64,000 bases of DNA from Phoronis australis (taxonomy: Eukaryota; Animalia; Phoronida), in contig NMRA01000512.1 in NCBI GenBank assembly GCA_002633005.1, forward strand, positions 248,884-312,883, given 5' to 3'. This document shows, piece by piece, positions 11,317-24,000 of this stretch (the first letter of the stretch is position 1; each line of letters opens with the position of its first letter). The position numbers and the translations under genes were made by a program. The notes under the pieces are model-generated. The model ran no database searches and had not been told where the DNA came from. It saw only the letters and a program-made list of their open reading frames with translations.

Positions 11317-14300
11317 GTGAGTCGATTCAGTGATCTTTGTTACCAGAGGGACTAGTTAAAAAGCAGCAACAGAACTGCACGTTATGCAAAATTTTGTTTT
11401 ATGTTACGAGAAACTCTATACCCTAGACGTTGGGTTCAACTAAAAATTTAGAAAACTACCCCATTCAAATTTCAATGGAAGTAAATACTTTCTGAAGATA
11501 GACGTGTTAAACTATAATTAAGTCTATGCTATCAACATCTAAAAAAACGGAAAAATAGGTTCACAGGAGCTATTTACATTGACCAATTCTCAGTTTGTAT
11601 ATACAGTACAATCGAAATAACATCGCAAAAGACTGCCGCAGCTTATGAATTATCTTTTGAAATTTTGTTGTACGCAACTAAAAACAGAAAAGTAGTTTCA
11701 TAGGAAGTTATTTCCATTTTGTATAAATAGACAAATCAAAATATCAAAAACACTGCCGTAGTTTATGAATTATCATTTAGTTGTTGCTGTAAGCAAACAG
11801 CACTTTTTACNCCATTGGTCATGATGGCCCTAATGACTGGTAAAACAACTGCGGATAACAAGGGGCAAGTGTTCGACCTTGGCAAATTATTCGTGCTGTC
11901 GAACTGAGACTTATCTACAAGTTCTTGGCCACAGTAAGATTAAAAACCGGACCCTGCAGCTATGGTGATGACCAACTACTGACTACTCTGCCTGGGTGTC
12001 AGGCTATAGACCCTATTCACGCCGACAGGAGGCGCATTACAAAACGAGGCTCGCTACGATAGCTCTGTTTATCGCAGTGAGCCTCACTTTGGATTTTAAT
12101 ATCCGCCGCGTGAATAGAGTCTATGGCGGGGCTTCGTCTCAATATCTTTGGAACACACGTCTAGCCTGGTTTTCAGAACTCAAACAAAATTCGTTTCGAA
12201 TTGGCAAAGTCACAGTGGCACTTGCTGCCAATCATTCGTTCATCAATAAGCAGATGTTGCCAGCTAAGCCTAGTCTTATAACCGTTATTTTTCCTATAAT
12301 ACCAAAAATGCGCTTTCGCACGCCAAGAATCTCATCAATAATGACCAAGCCATCACAGTCCATCACTGGTCAAACTGATAAAACCTTTCTAGGAGGGCAG
12401 ATGCCGTGTTTTTGTAGACATTCCTTTTTATCTAGACGCTCTTTTTTGTTAACCCGAGACGCTGGTTTTGTTTGAACGGGTGTTCAGAATATACCGATTC
12501 ACCTGAATAATTTAATCGTCAACAATTATTATTACATTAAAATGTATGTCTTTATTCTGAAAACCAAGAGTGTCACAAAATTAATAGCCACAAGTGTAAC
12601 AGCGTTCCATGCACTTACGTCATCTACAGGCCCATTGTAACCGAGACAGTGTTCATGGTCAGCAAGCCTACCAGCCTGCTTGATGAATTTTGCGAGTGTT
12701 TTAATATTTTTCTTAGCTGTGATATTTTTCACTGAAACTGCTTTACTTCCTAAGCATTCTATTCTAATGCTTTGGTACGTGAAACACTGACCGACATGGT
12801 GTTCTGGTGGCAGTCTTGCATTCAGCATGTAGGGCAGCAGGATTCTATTGTCCGACCTGTTGTTATCTTATGTTTCCTCAGGTTACAGTGTCCTGTTATC
12901 ACCTGCTTTTCCAATTGCAGTTGAGTCTTGATCAGACTCAAAAGCGTGGTAGTAACTGGGAGTTACCCAGCTCACCACCTGTTGAGTTCTTCTACAGTCA
13001 CTTCTGTTGATCCAAGATGTTTTCCATCGTTTTGATGACCAATCCCTTATTCCTAAAACGCAGGAAGTACATTGTATAAGGGACAGACAATATTAGCTCA
13101 AGTCCTTGAAATTCAAGGTCTAAACCATGTTTGGCTTCCTAGTTACCTAGAAAATGTTCAAATTTGGCGAACTTTGGAACAGAACTGATATTCTAAGCGC
13201 AATTGCCAGGCTATTCGCCCACATTACGAGCAATTTCATCATTAAAAATGGTCAAAAAACGAATAAGTTTCCCTCTCTAAGGCAAATCCATTTTTTTCGA
13301 GGTGGTACCGCCAACAGCAGACTGCGGTATGTCTCGAGTTGCGTGTTTTGGCAAGTATTTGATGGTTTGAAAGTTACTAACTTCTTGAATTTTACGCTAC
13401 ACAAAAGTACTGGCCGAAACGGCGAAGGTACTATAATATTTAATGAACGGACCTTCTGCTTTAGAAAGGATTTGGCACATGTGGTTTGTTAAAATACGCG
13501 TTTCCCTTAACACTTGCAGATTACAAAGTGCCCATAAGTAATCATAATCTAAAGGTACACTCCAATAACCTCTAATAACTTCCAATTTCTCGCAGTACAA
13601 GTTTGCACAATTGAACTATTTCACAATAAGGCGCTTTACTATACGCTTAACGTAAACCGATTCAACTAATAAAATTGCACTATTTTCTGAGCACTCTCCC
13701 AGATGAAAATCTACATTATAACACGGGAGCTTAATGTAGGTCAATTACTTTATGACTGACAGATGTGATTATTATGTTAAAGGCGCTGGCAACCAGCCTT
13801 TTATCAAAAACTCACTTTCAGATTTTAAAGTCACACTTGTAGTTAGAAGGCCTGAACCAGTCTTACAAGGGTTATGTATCTACCGAACATAAGGTCGCTA
13901 TTTCAAATTTCAGATGTTTTTAAAGCAGTAAAGCTGTTATTTTTCTACTGCAATGCCATAATTGGATGATCAGATCTTTTTTGTTAAGATTTACCTACAA
14001 TGCTATTGATAACACGTGATATAAATAACAAAGATGGAACATCAAAAACACGGTTGCAGTTTTGCTCATTATCCTTTCGTTTTCGTTTTATGGAACTTTT
14101 GAATTTCGATTTTTGACATCCTCTTGTGCCCCAAAGTTCACAAATAAATTAGAAAGCAATCCAAGGAGAAGGTGACATATACCCTTAAATCCGACATTTC
14201 AAGAACTACATGTAAATGTTGGCTCTAATATCCTAATGATACCTGATGGTGTGACCCTCTATTTGTTTTGTTTGGCATGGAATTAAAAAGCCTCAACTAT

Positions 14301-14905
14301 CTTCGACTTTTTGCTGAACATGCGTTATCGAATGAGTCAAATTTGCTCTCTTTTATTTTATTGATCGTGCGCTGTACATGTAAATTGAGAATGGCCATCG
14401 ACAAAATGTCACGTGACTCCACTATGCCTGTCCGTGGTGTCAACTTCGGAATGGGGAAAACAAGGAAGGTTTTGGCTCTTTAACAGTATTTTTGTAGCGC
14501 AGAACGACAATCTGTAAATGACTGAGATGTCTATTTTAAAAACGCAACTGTTTTTAAAGAATGCAATGCAGAAGACACTAACATAGTCAAATGTTCCCTA
14601 GGAGGACCGCAACTGCTAGTGCGACTAAAAACTGATTCACTTTCTGCATTTCAAAGTACCTCGCCGTTTTCAAAATAAACCTTGAAAAGAAACAAGGATG
14701 AGTACTAATCCGAGCAGTGGTCGGTTAATAAAATATTTCCAAATGTTACTGCAAGGCGCCTATAGTCGTTGATGTCGATGGCGTCTAAACTGTACCTAGC
14801 TGCCTTCGACGTTGTCGTCGCTTTTTAGTCAACATCAACGTTTTAGTCTACTGTTTTGTTACTGACTTAGGATTAAAAACCCACACACCAACATTAACGC
14901 AGAAA

Positions 14906-14916
14906 TATATATAAAT
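14906..14916 (+). promoter_or_regulatory. TATA box of astacin gene A
   Basis: TATATAAA about 60 nt upstream of the ATG, at the same position as in gene B (38690-38697). Confidence 0.55.
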
Positions 14917-14972
14917 ACCATTTGCAAAACAATCCTCTGCACAAGTAGGAGACACTAAGCTTCTCAGCGGAA

Positions 14973-15029
14973 ATGGCTTTCGCGGTTCCTTGGACATTGT
15001 CGTCTATCTGTGTAATCATACTAACTGGG
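14973..15029 (+). CDS. Astacin A exon 1 (signal peptide)
   Basis: [19 protein letters not shown]|gtgagt, phase 0. Confidence 0.85.
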
Positions 15030-18000
15030 GTGAGTCGATTCAGTGATCTTTGTTACCAGAGGGACTAGTTAAAGAGCAGCAACAGAACTGCACGTTATGC
15101 AAAATTTTGTTTTATGTTACGAGAAACTCTATACCCTAGACGTTGGGTTCAACTAAAAATTTAGAAAACTACCGCATTCAAATTTCAATGGAAGTTACTT
15201 TCTGAAGATGGACGTGTTAAACTATAATTAAGTCTATGCTATCAACATCTAAAAAAAACGGAAAAATAGGTTCACAAGAGATATTTACATTGACCCATTC
15301 TCAGTTTGTATATACAGTACAATCGAAATAACATCTCAAAAGACTGCCGCAGCTTATGAATTATCTTTTGAAATTTTGTTGTACGCAACTAAAAACAGAA
15401 AAGTAGTTTCATAGGAAGTTATTTCCATTTTGTATAAATAGACAAATCAAAATATCAAAAACACTGCCGTAGTTTATGAATTATCATTTAGTTGTTGCTG
15501 TAAGCAAACAGCACTTTTTACGCGAGAGGTCCTATCTCAAGACAACATTAAAAGCGTTTTTGGAAAAGTCTCCGGATAACGTATGTAGACGTTTCATTAA
15601 TTCAACCTTTTCTCAAGTATGGTTTTGAGATGCAAGGTTTTGAAAAAAATCCAATTTTTCTGTTGAATGGACTTCTCTCATGTCCCGATACTTTTAATAA
15701 TTCAAAAATGCTAATCTTTCTCAAACCATCCCAGATTTTGATAGAAAAAGATTTCCATTACCTCAGAAAATTCACAACATTGCTTTAGTGTAAGGGGCTT
15801 CAAAAGAGAATGAAATCACTCCAATTCTAGGCTGTTTTGTAGCGCTCACATCTAATGTATCAAATCGTGTTTAATGTAGATGGAGTTGGGGGTTGGGGCG
15901 TCGGCTTGTCGTTTTTAGGATTTGTACAGACAACCCCTCCCCCTTCATAAGCTCAGATTCGCCACTGTTGACTGTATACTGTATTCGTTTTTGTGACAGA
16001 AATTATGAACAGTTTATTACATTTTGTGAGCTATTGACAAATTCCAACACGTATGAACTTGAAACAATGATACTGTCGGTTTTTATAAATTTCTTTCTTC
16101 AGGCATTGACTGGTTCCAAAGGACGAACAATTGACCAGGACATTGAAGAGGCTAAAAAAACAAGTAAGTGACACTCTAACAAGTAAAAGCGGCGATTTTC
16201 TATCGCTTATTGTTTACCAAAAACATGCTGAACTGAGTCTATCAAGCTTTAATCTGTTGTGTGCCAAAATAGCATAGATTTCTAAAACATTAAGTTGGAA
16301 TACAAAGTTGGCTACCTGCACTCGCATCTCTCCAATTCCACATTTTTGAGAAAAACGCATTGTGTGTGGAATTACATGCACGCTTACTGATGTAAGCAAT
16401 TCTGTTTTCCGAACATCCCCGGAAAGTTCACACGTTTTGTTTTCTGGCAGCCGAAGGGCTCAGCTAAATCTCTTGTCCTACATGCTTTCGTTTCTCAAAA
16501 AGACATGAATTTTTTCGTTAGTTTGATAAGTTACAACATGTGATCGTTTGCACTTATTGCACGGCCCCAAAACCCCGGTACCGATGCGTGTTAAACACAG
16601 ATCTGCAAAACAGATCTTAAAGGGAAGGCGCACCCAGTGGTGAAACAAGTCGGTGAGATATGGACGAAACGGCTGTACACGTTTTACGCAAGGTACGGTT
16701 TCTTTGGTTTCAAAAAGGATCTTTTCTATATAATTCTATAACTTAAATGGAACCCAGGAATATACATAGCATTGTTTCTTTTGGTGCATTTCCGAAGATT
16801 GTATGTGACGTGCGTTGCGACATGTTGCATTGTAATAAATCCATAAAGCTCGCGTGCCTAGTTTGCGTGCAAGACTGTGAATCTGAACAAAGTAATAGCT
16901 CCGATCGTTTCTCCGTTGCGTTAAAACTAAAGATAATAATATGCATTGAAACACAAAAAGAAATTTCTGGAACTCGGCGAAACTTCAACTTGCACTGGCC
17001 ACAGAATCATTTGTTATCATCAAGCGGCCAAAGAATGCGCAAAACATGCACTTTAAGGTCAATAAAACGAAAATGAAAAAGGCAATGACAAACATAGTGA
17101 AGTAGGCCTAATGCTTTCTAAACACCGCCAAACGCTTTTTGACGATTGGACTTCTGGGTGTCTATTCCTTATATACTTTGCGTAAGTCTAAAATGTCAAT
17201 TACTTGAAGTTTTTTCTTCTATTGTCCTGTTACTGCTATAATTTGCAGGCAACGTTGCAGTTCCGCGTACCAACAATGTTGTGACCGTTGAGTATGATAT
17301 ACTGCTGAATGCTGAAGACTTGGCGGAGTTGAACAAAGAGTGAGTAAAACATTGTGTTGTCAAAATGTCGCTTGACTTCACTTTGGTAATGGTCTGATGT
17401 AACGCATTATAGGCAGAAAATGATTCGACTGAAATCATTGGTAATAATAACGCGTAACATACCCCTTTACGTCGACGGTAAAGAGTCTTTAATGACTCCT
17501 TTGAAAAACGTAAGGCAAATTTGAGCTCGAATATTTCCGTTGAAGACAAATCCCACTCGATGACGACGAAGACGAATCCGAAGGACCCCGAAAACAATCC
17601 GAAGGACCCCGAAGACAATCCGAAGGACCCCGAAGACGCCACAAGGACACTTTTAGTGCACAGGAGCGCCAAAGGAGAAACGCCGTTCGAAATTTGAGTA
17701 GGAGATGGACCAACAAAGTTATGCCATACACATTTCAACCTGGGGCATTCAGTGAGTTTTGTTTCAAATTTTGCTGCAATGTTAGTTACTACTGTACAAG
17801 ATTTCGCTAATGGATGTCAATCTTTATAACCTCCACACGTCAGGACATTCATGTAGATACGTCATGTAGATTATAGCGCAGTAATGATAGACGATGGCAT
17901 AAAAACAAGCTTTCCGTTTAGGCAGTTTCTGGTCACACCAAATTACAAATCGCATTTGTGAGCCGCGTAGTGAGGGCGTTTCACCGGTCACGTGGGACGA

Positions 18001-21000
18001 CTTTTTTGGAAACATTCCAGTGGCGTCGTGATTAAAGTTGCTTTGGTCAACTTCTGATATGTTAACTTAAAAAGTATTTACAATTTCAAAACGCTGCGCA
18101 AGTCTTGTCCATAGTGAAAGAAAATACACGGAGCTCAGGAAACTCTTTTGTTTGCTGGAACAACGGCAGTGACCACCGGGTGACGCTTTCGTACACTCGA
18201 GCTTCCGGGATACCAAAAACTAAAGCGACAATATCGGCTTCAATGTTGAGTGATAAAGATCAACCAGAATGGGCTTGTAACGCACGACTTGTAATAAGAA
18301 AACGAACACGACGGTAGCCGACCATTCAAACATATTTTAACTCTATTTCAGATATTATTCCTACTGAATGTCTGGTAGCCAATGTCTGGCACCGACGACT
18401 TCTCATAATAACACCAACAGTGATTTTGCTGTTTATTTCTCTGGTCAAAGCAGCCTTATCCTACCTAACAAAAATCCCCAAAATGCCTCTGCCGGTAGAT
18501 TCATGATGCATTTTAATGTTATATGAGACTACAAAATGGTCTATATTTGGTTCACTTCGGAACACCTTATTCCAGAAATGGGTGACTGAATTCATTTTAA
18601 ACTATCAGACACTATTACTCGTCATGCAGAGTTCTCCAAATCCCCGTTAATACTTGTTCTTCAAATGTTCCACTTTTGGATGAATGACTCTCAAAATGGG
18701 ACTTAAAGGGCTAAAAAGTTGCCCAAAGCAAAAAGGAAAGATAATTTAGAAAACCCTTACAGCGTTTTTGAGATTTCAAATTGAACGTTTAATGTTAACC
18801 AATCAATTGTGCAGACCTACCATGGTTTAATGTTAACCAATCAATTGTGCAGGCCTACCATGGTTTAATGTTAATCAATCAAATTTGTAGGCCTACCATG
18901 GTTTGAAGGTGTTGCAAATGTTTGACATAACTATCACAATAAAACAAAAATACGTATTGTTAAATGCAGGTGTGTTGTCACCCCAAGTCTGTATTTGAGT
19001 ATTACTGTGACGGGTTCTGACGTTCGCAGTGCAAACAGAGGGAGAGAGGTGAAGGGGCAGTGGTCGGTTTAATGTTTTTTAAGTTGATAATATTAGCGAA
19101 TCTAATTCACGGATGCCTGAAAATATTATCGCTATTTTAATTAAATTATTTCTTTAATTTTCCCTTTTCACCTGTGTGGAAATTATTTTCTCCCTGTTGG
19201 GAACGATTTCAACTTATTTTCACCCAGGTGGAAATAAGATCAACTAAGGTAGAAATTATTTTCACCCGGATGGAAATTCTTATCATCTGGGTGGAAATTG
19301 TTTTCGCCCGCGTGGAAATTATTTTTACCTGGGTAAAAAGAACACTTGATTGATGATTAAAGTTCCTGACAAAAAGCGCACAAATTTTCGCTAAGAATGA
19401 CATGAAAAGTTCAATTTATCTAAAATTGTATGTTTCTTTATAGATGTCGAGCAAAGGAGGTTGATCGACAGCGCCATAGATGATTATAATTTGTACACCT
19501 GCTTGAAGCTTGTTCCCAGAACCAATGAAACCGTGTATGTACGGTTCCAGAATGGCATTGGCTGCTCATCTTTCGTTGGCATGAGTAAGAGACCACAACC
19601 CATCAATCTAGGAATGAGATGTCGCACGGTAAACCTGGCTTAATTAGTGTGCTTATTGTTGATAAGTTTAAAGGGGTTCAAGGACCTCAGACCGGCCTCC
19701 ACTGGCCAATCCATTAAACACAAACGCGCGGTAGTTATTTTGAGGTCATCTCTTGATAGCAGTCGATGGGGTAAAAGCTACTAAGATTCTCGGCTGAGTT
19801 TCTACCCCATTCTTTGCGCTCATCAGTCGGTTTCCTAAAATCCTTCAAGTACACGATCCGCTACATGCTCATTTCCTTAAACTTGAAACTACTCACACAG
19901 TATTGAGATTCGGAATATTTATGAGACGGAAGATGGATTGCTTGATCAGATAGTAGGTCAGCCGGTTAAAACGAGTGCCCCATCGGCTTTAGTGTGAGTT
20001 ATTAGTATACTCATCTTCTGATGTACCTCGTGCAATCACCAAAGGCGAAGAGAGCCTAACCGTAACTTACGTCACCGAAGCCTAACTTTCTCACATATCA
20101 GATTTCTGATTTCGAAGTGGGAGAAGATTGCATGTCTGAGGAGAGTTCACTCGTTGACGCTTTACAGATGAGGAATCAGACATCAGGTCTATCTTCTAGT
20201 CGGACTGCGAAAGATCTTTTTGCTCAGTGTTATATAACAGTGGGAAAGTTGCTGTAGCTTATATTGTCGCGCACGACATATATAATCGCTCTCGACGATA
20301 TAAATGGTTTAATAGACTAAGCGACATATAGATGTCCGGAGGGTAACTGAGGGCACCTATGTCTACACTATATGAAGAGTTCGGCATTACGCGCCATCTA
20401 CATCGACTTAGAGTGTCCCTGTGTACATGTAGGTCTACGCGATGCACTATTGCGTGTGGGTCTTAATGGAGGCAGGGGCGAACACAATGACCACTAAGAG
20501 ACAAACCCGATGGTTGTAGATGGCTAGAGGGTCGAATGTTCGGATCTAAAGTTCGATTAAGGAGCTAACCGAAAGTTGGAGGGAGTAAAACACCTTTTTG
20601 GTATTTCAAGGTACCTTTTTTGCAAAATCATTGTTACCGTAAACGAGGCTGGCATGGGGCGTGGTTATCATCACCAACCAACTTCCGGTTCTTCGACGAT
20701 AGCGTAGACTACGAAAGTAGCATTGATTCTTCATTGGCGAGGAATTATGGAAAAGCCAATACAGTCACTGATGTATGCAAGTTTGAGGGTTATCTTACCA
20801 CGTCAGTGAGCAATGTGCAACAAATGTCTTAAATGTCCTTAAAACAGCACAGATACTTGACCAGTTTGCACGATTCCGTCCATTTCACGTCGCTTTTTCA
20901 CATTCCCTGAAATTTTCTTTGTCCACTTCACAAATATCGGCCAGCAGGAGATCAATTAATAAGTTTTGTCAGGATAGATGGAAACATTGATTCAAGTTCC

Positions 21001-24000
21001 TTCACCATTCCTGTCTATCCTTGTTCTTCGTCGAAACGTTTTCGTTGTCCGAATATGGGATTGATAAGCATGCTTGAATAGGGCAACACTTTGATTTGGT
21101 CGTTGGGTGTATGGCCTTTATGCAGACATGCATTAGCAGAGTGTAGCAAGTTTAATTACGAATACGTACTGGGGAATTCCCTTTTTCCCTTACCATTCCG
21201 TGAAATATCGTGGCAAGAACAACGTTTCTTGGTGACTGACTACACAGATGTCACATAAAATTGACACTGAATTCCTTAAGTACAATAGGACATTTGGAAT
21301 GAGTTTTCAACCTTGATTCACGGACCCTGTCTTTTACCTTTACGCTCGTTCATGCTATCCAGTATGAGGCGAAGGGCTGAACTGCAATCTTGATTGTCGT
21401 TGCATCACTCACCCATGGCGAAACATACGGGACTTTTAAGAAATCACGAAGTACTGACTGTTGTAGGTGTCTACCATCTTGGCTACAGAAGATGGACCTT
21501 TTCTTCACGAACGCCAAAGCTTTCAGTCAGTTGTAGATGTGTTACACCAGAAGATTTCCAATATTATGAAGATGATTTATACGCCCAACATGGTACAAGT
21601 GAATATTGTGAAACTTCCACCCATTGCTTGTGCAGTCATGTATCAGACTTTATACTTTAATGTCTTCCTCTGTTAACTTCATCGACTCTTGTCTACCATG
21701 GCACTGTTAGGTGTACTATGGCCAGTTCCCTCAGGGTGTTCGATCAGAAAACTATATTAGGCATCATTGCTGTCAATGCTATATGTGTTGGGAAAACTGC
21801 CCGACTTCCTAGATCAATTGTCGTCTTCCAGTGGCTAGACTTGTGGAATAAGCCCTGGTGCTGATTTCCTCTTCCACTGCTGATTTTTTCTTTGGTCTCA
21901 TTTCAGTGATCATTATATGGGACAGGGCCTTCAACTCTTGGTTATGCCGCCAGGCGTGTTTCCCCTCTGCTAATCCTGCTTTGGACGCCGATAGTATGTG
22001 CTGAAAAGTTCCTGGTTCCCCACACCTATCATATCTGTCGTCTTCAGCTTTCCCACACAGACTCAAATTCCTCGGGGTGGGAATTAAGTTGCTCTAAGCA
22101 CGAAGCTGAGTCTCTGACTTTCTGACAGCATATCCTTTGAAGTGATCTTCTTTCTCAAATAGCTATCCCACGTCGTTGTATACCTACACGAAGATAAAGA
22201 ATACTTGTCCATTTCAAGTGACTTAAAACTTTTAAGTCGGAATATTTCGGGTACGCTCTCATTTTGCAATTTCTAAATGAAGAATTCGTCAAGAGATTCT
22301 CCAAGCTACACTTTGGTGTGTGTTTGTGTGTGTAGAGCAGAGGGGGGGGGGGGAGCCTTTTAGAATTTTACTGTACCTATAGTGTGCTATATTTATACTG
22401 CATCTGACTGATAATTTGGAAATGTTTTTTTACCTGAACTTGGCAAACATTAATATTCTCTCTCTCAATTACCAAGGCTCAGGTGACACAGAAAAAGAAA
22501 AGACGTGTTCAATTATCTCAGATCAAAAGAATTTATCATGTTGTATTGCTGACGAGATACTCACTTCATATAAAAGCAAGAACCTTATATTGAATCGCAA
22601 TGGGCTGTAAAGTTTATTGCTTTTTCTTGTTTCTATAAAAGTAGTGCAAGGGGAGTTGCAATCTTGATCAACAATACTTTTGAATTTAAAATGTATAACT
22701 GATTAAAAAATAAAGGTGGAAGATATATCATTCTGGACATTGCGATTGAGGGACAGATGATCTTTTTGTTAAATCTATATGGTGCAAATAGGGATCAACC
22801 AAATTTCTTTACTAATTTGTTTTCACTTACGGAAGACGTAATTATAGATTTATAATTTGCGGATACTTCAGAGCTGGACACACGCAGTTGTAAAAATAAC
22901 TAAAGCTCTACCCAGAAAATAGAAGAAATCCAGACGATTTGCATGATCCATGTAGAATCAAATTTCTAAATCGAAAACGGTGTACATGGAGAAGGCTGGG
23001 CTTGATCATTTCCTATTGCCAAATAGTTTATTGAAAATGTTACTGTTTTCAAGCAGTTCCAAATCGGATCATTCAAGAAATTAGAGTGTAAAGTATTAAA
23101 TTTAATGAGTTCTTGTATGATAAGGAATCGCGGCATTTTACAGTAAACTGCTGTACCCCATTGAATTAGATCAAGATATAATAAAATAAACAGAAACTGA
23201 TCAGGAAAAATTGTCTTCTGAAAGTATTATGGAAGGTGACTAATAAATATATACTAAAAAGTATCTGACATCGAGGCTGAAAACTAGAATGTAGAATTAC
23301 TTAACCAACATTTCTACATGTTTAGAAAAGTCTAAGAACGAAAATGTCATGTTTCTAAAGGTTCATTAAAGAATTGTAACTTTTTGGTGTAGAGAACTGA
23401 ACTACTTGTTACTAAGAGCTATATATGGTAGTGGAAAATGTCTGCAACCCAAAGTACTGGTATCATTAATTACATAAACCCGGAAAGCCTAAACAGCTTT
23501 TATATGGAAACCAATAAAGAAGGTTTATTTCATGTAATAGGCCTCCGGCTCACATTACAAATATATAATATACAGAGTAAACGATATTTCAAATCTAAAT
23601 TAATTCATACCAAGAAATTTATTTCGACGTTTCTCCGCATTAATTAAATATTTAGCAACTTTTCTCAGGACATTTACATCATGAGTCTGCAGAAAATTTC
23701 TGAACACTATCTCGTCCACCTTATCGTATCATGGTAAGAACAGCACGCGTAGATCAGAATATAAACTACAATCGAGTGTAATTCTGTTTCCACTTTCCCA
23801 CTATCACTCTTCTAAATTGTGTTTCTAAATTAGTACTTGGTCACTTAGAATGAGCCGATTCAAAACTGATTTTTTCGATTTGCAAATCACCAAACTGTTT
23901 TTATCAATGGCAGATTCATTGGGGAAAACACTGTACTCGTATATGATGGTATGAAGTTATGCGAAAATAATCAAGTGTCTGGTCTATTATTACAAAGACA

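Larger units (their letters stand above)
8089..15521 (+). repeat. 3.7-kb tandem duplication (8089-11810 / 11812-15521), probably uncollapsed haplotypes
   Basis: Near-identical copies with scattered SNPs and small indels, joined by a single N at 11811. Confidence 0.9.

Noticed and set aside
11996-14483. Repeated ORFs in the duplicated upstream block
   Set aside because: They have no domain features, several are broken by indels between copies, and they recur only because of the duplication.
17196-17738. 180-aa minus-strand ORF
   Set aside because: It is the antisense shadow of astacin exons 3-4 and their 21-bp repeat.
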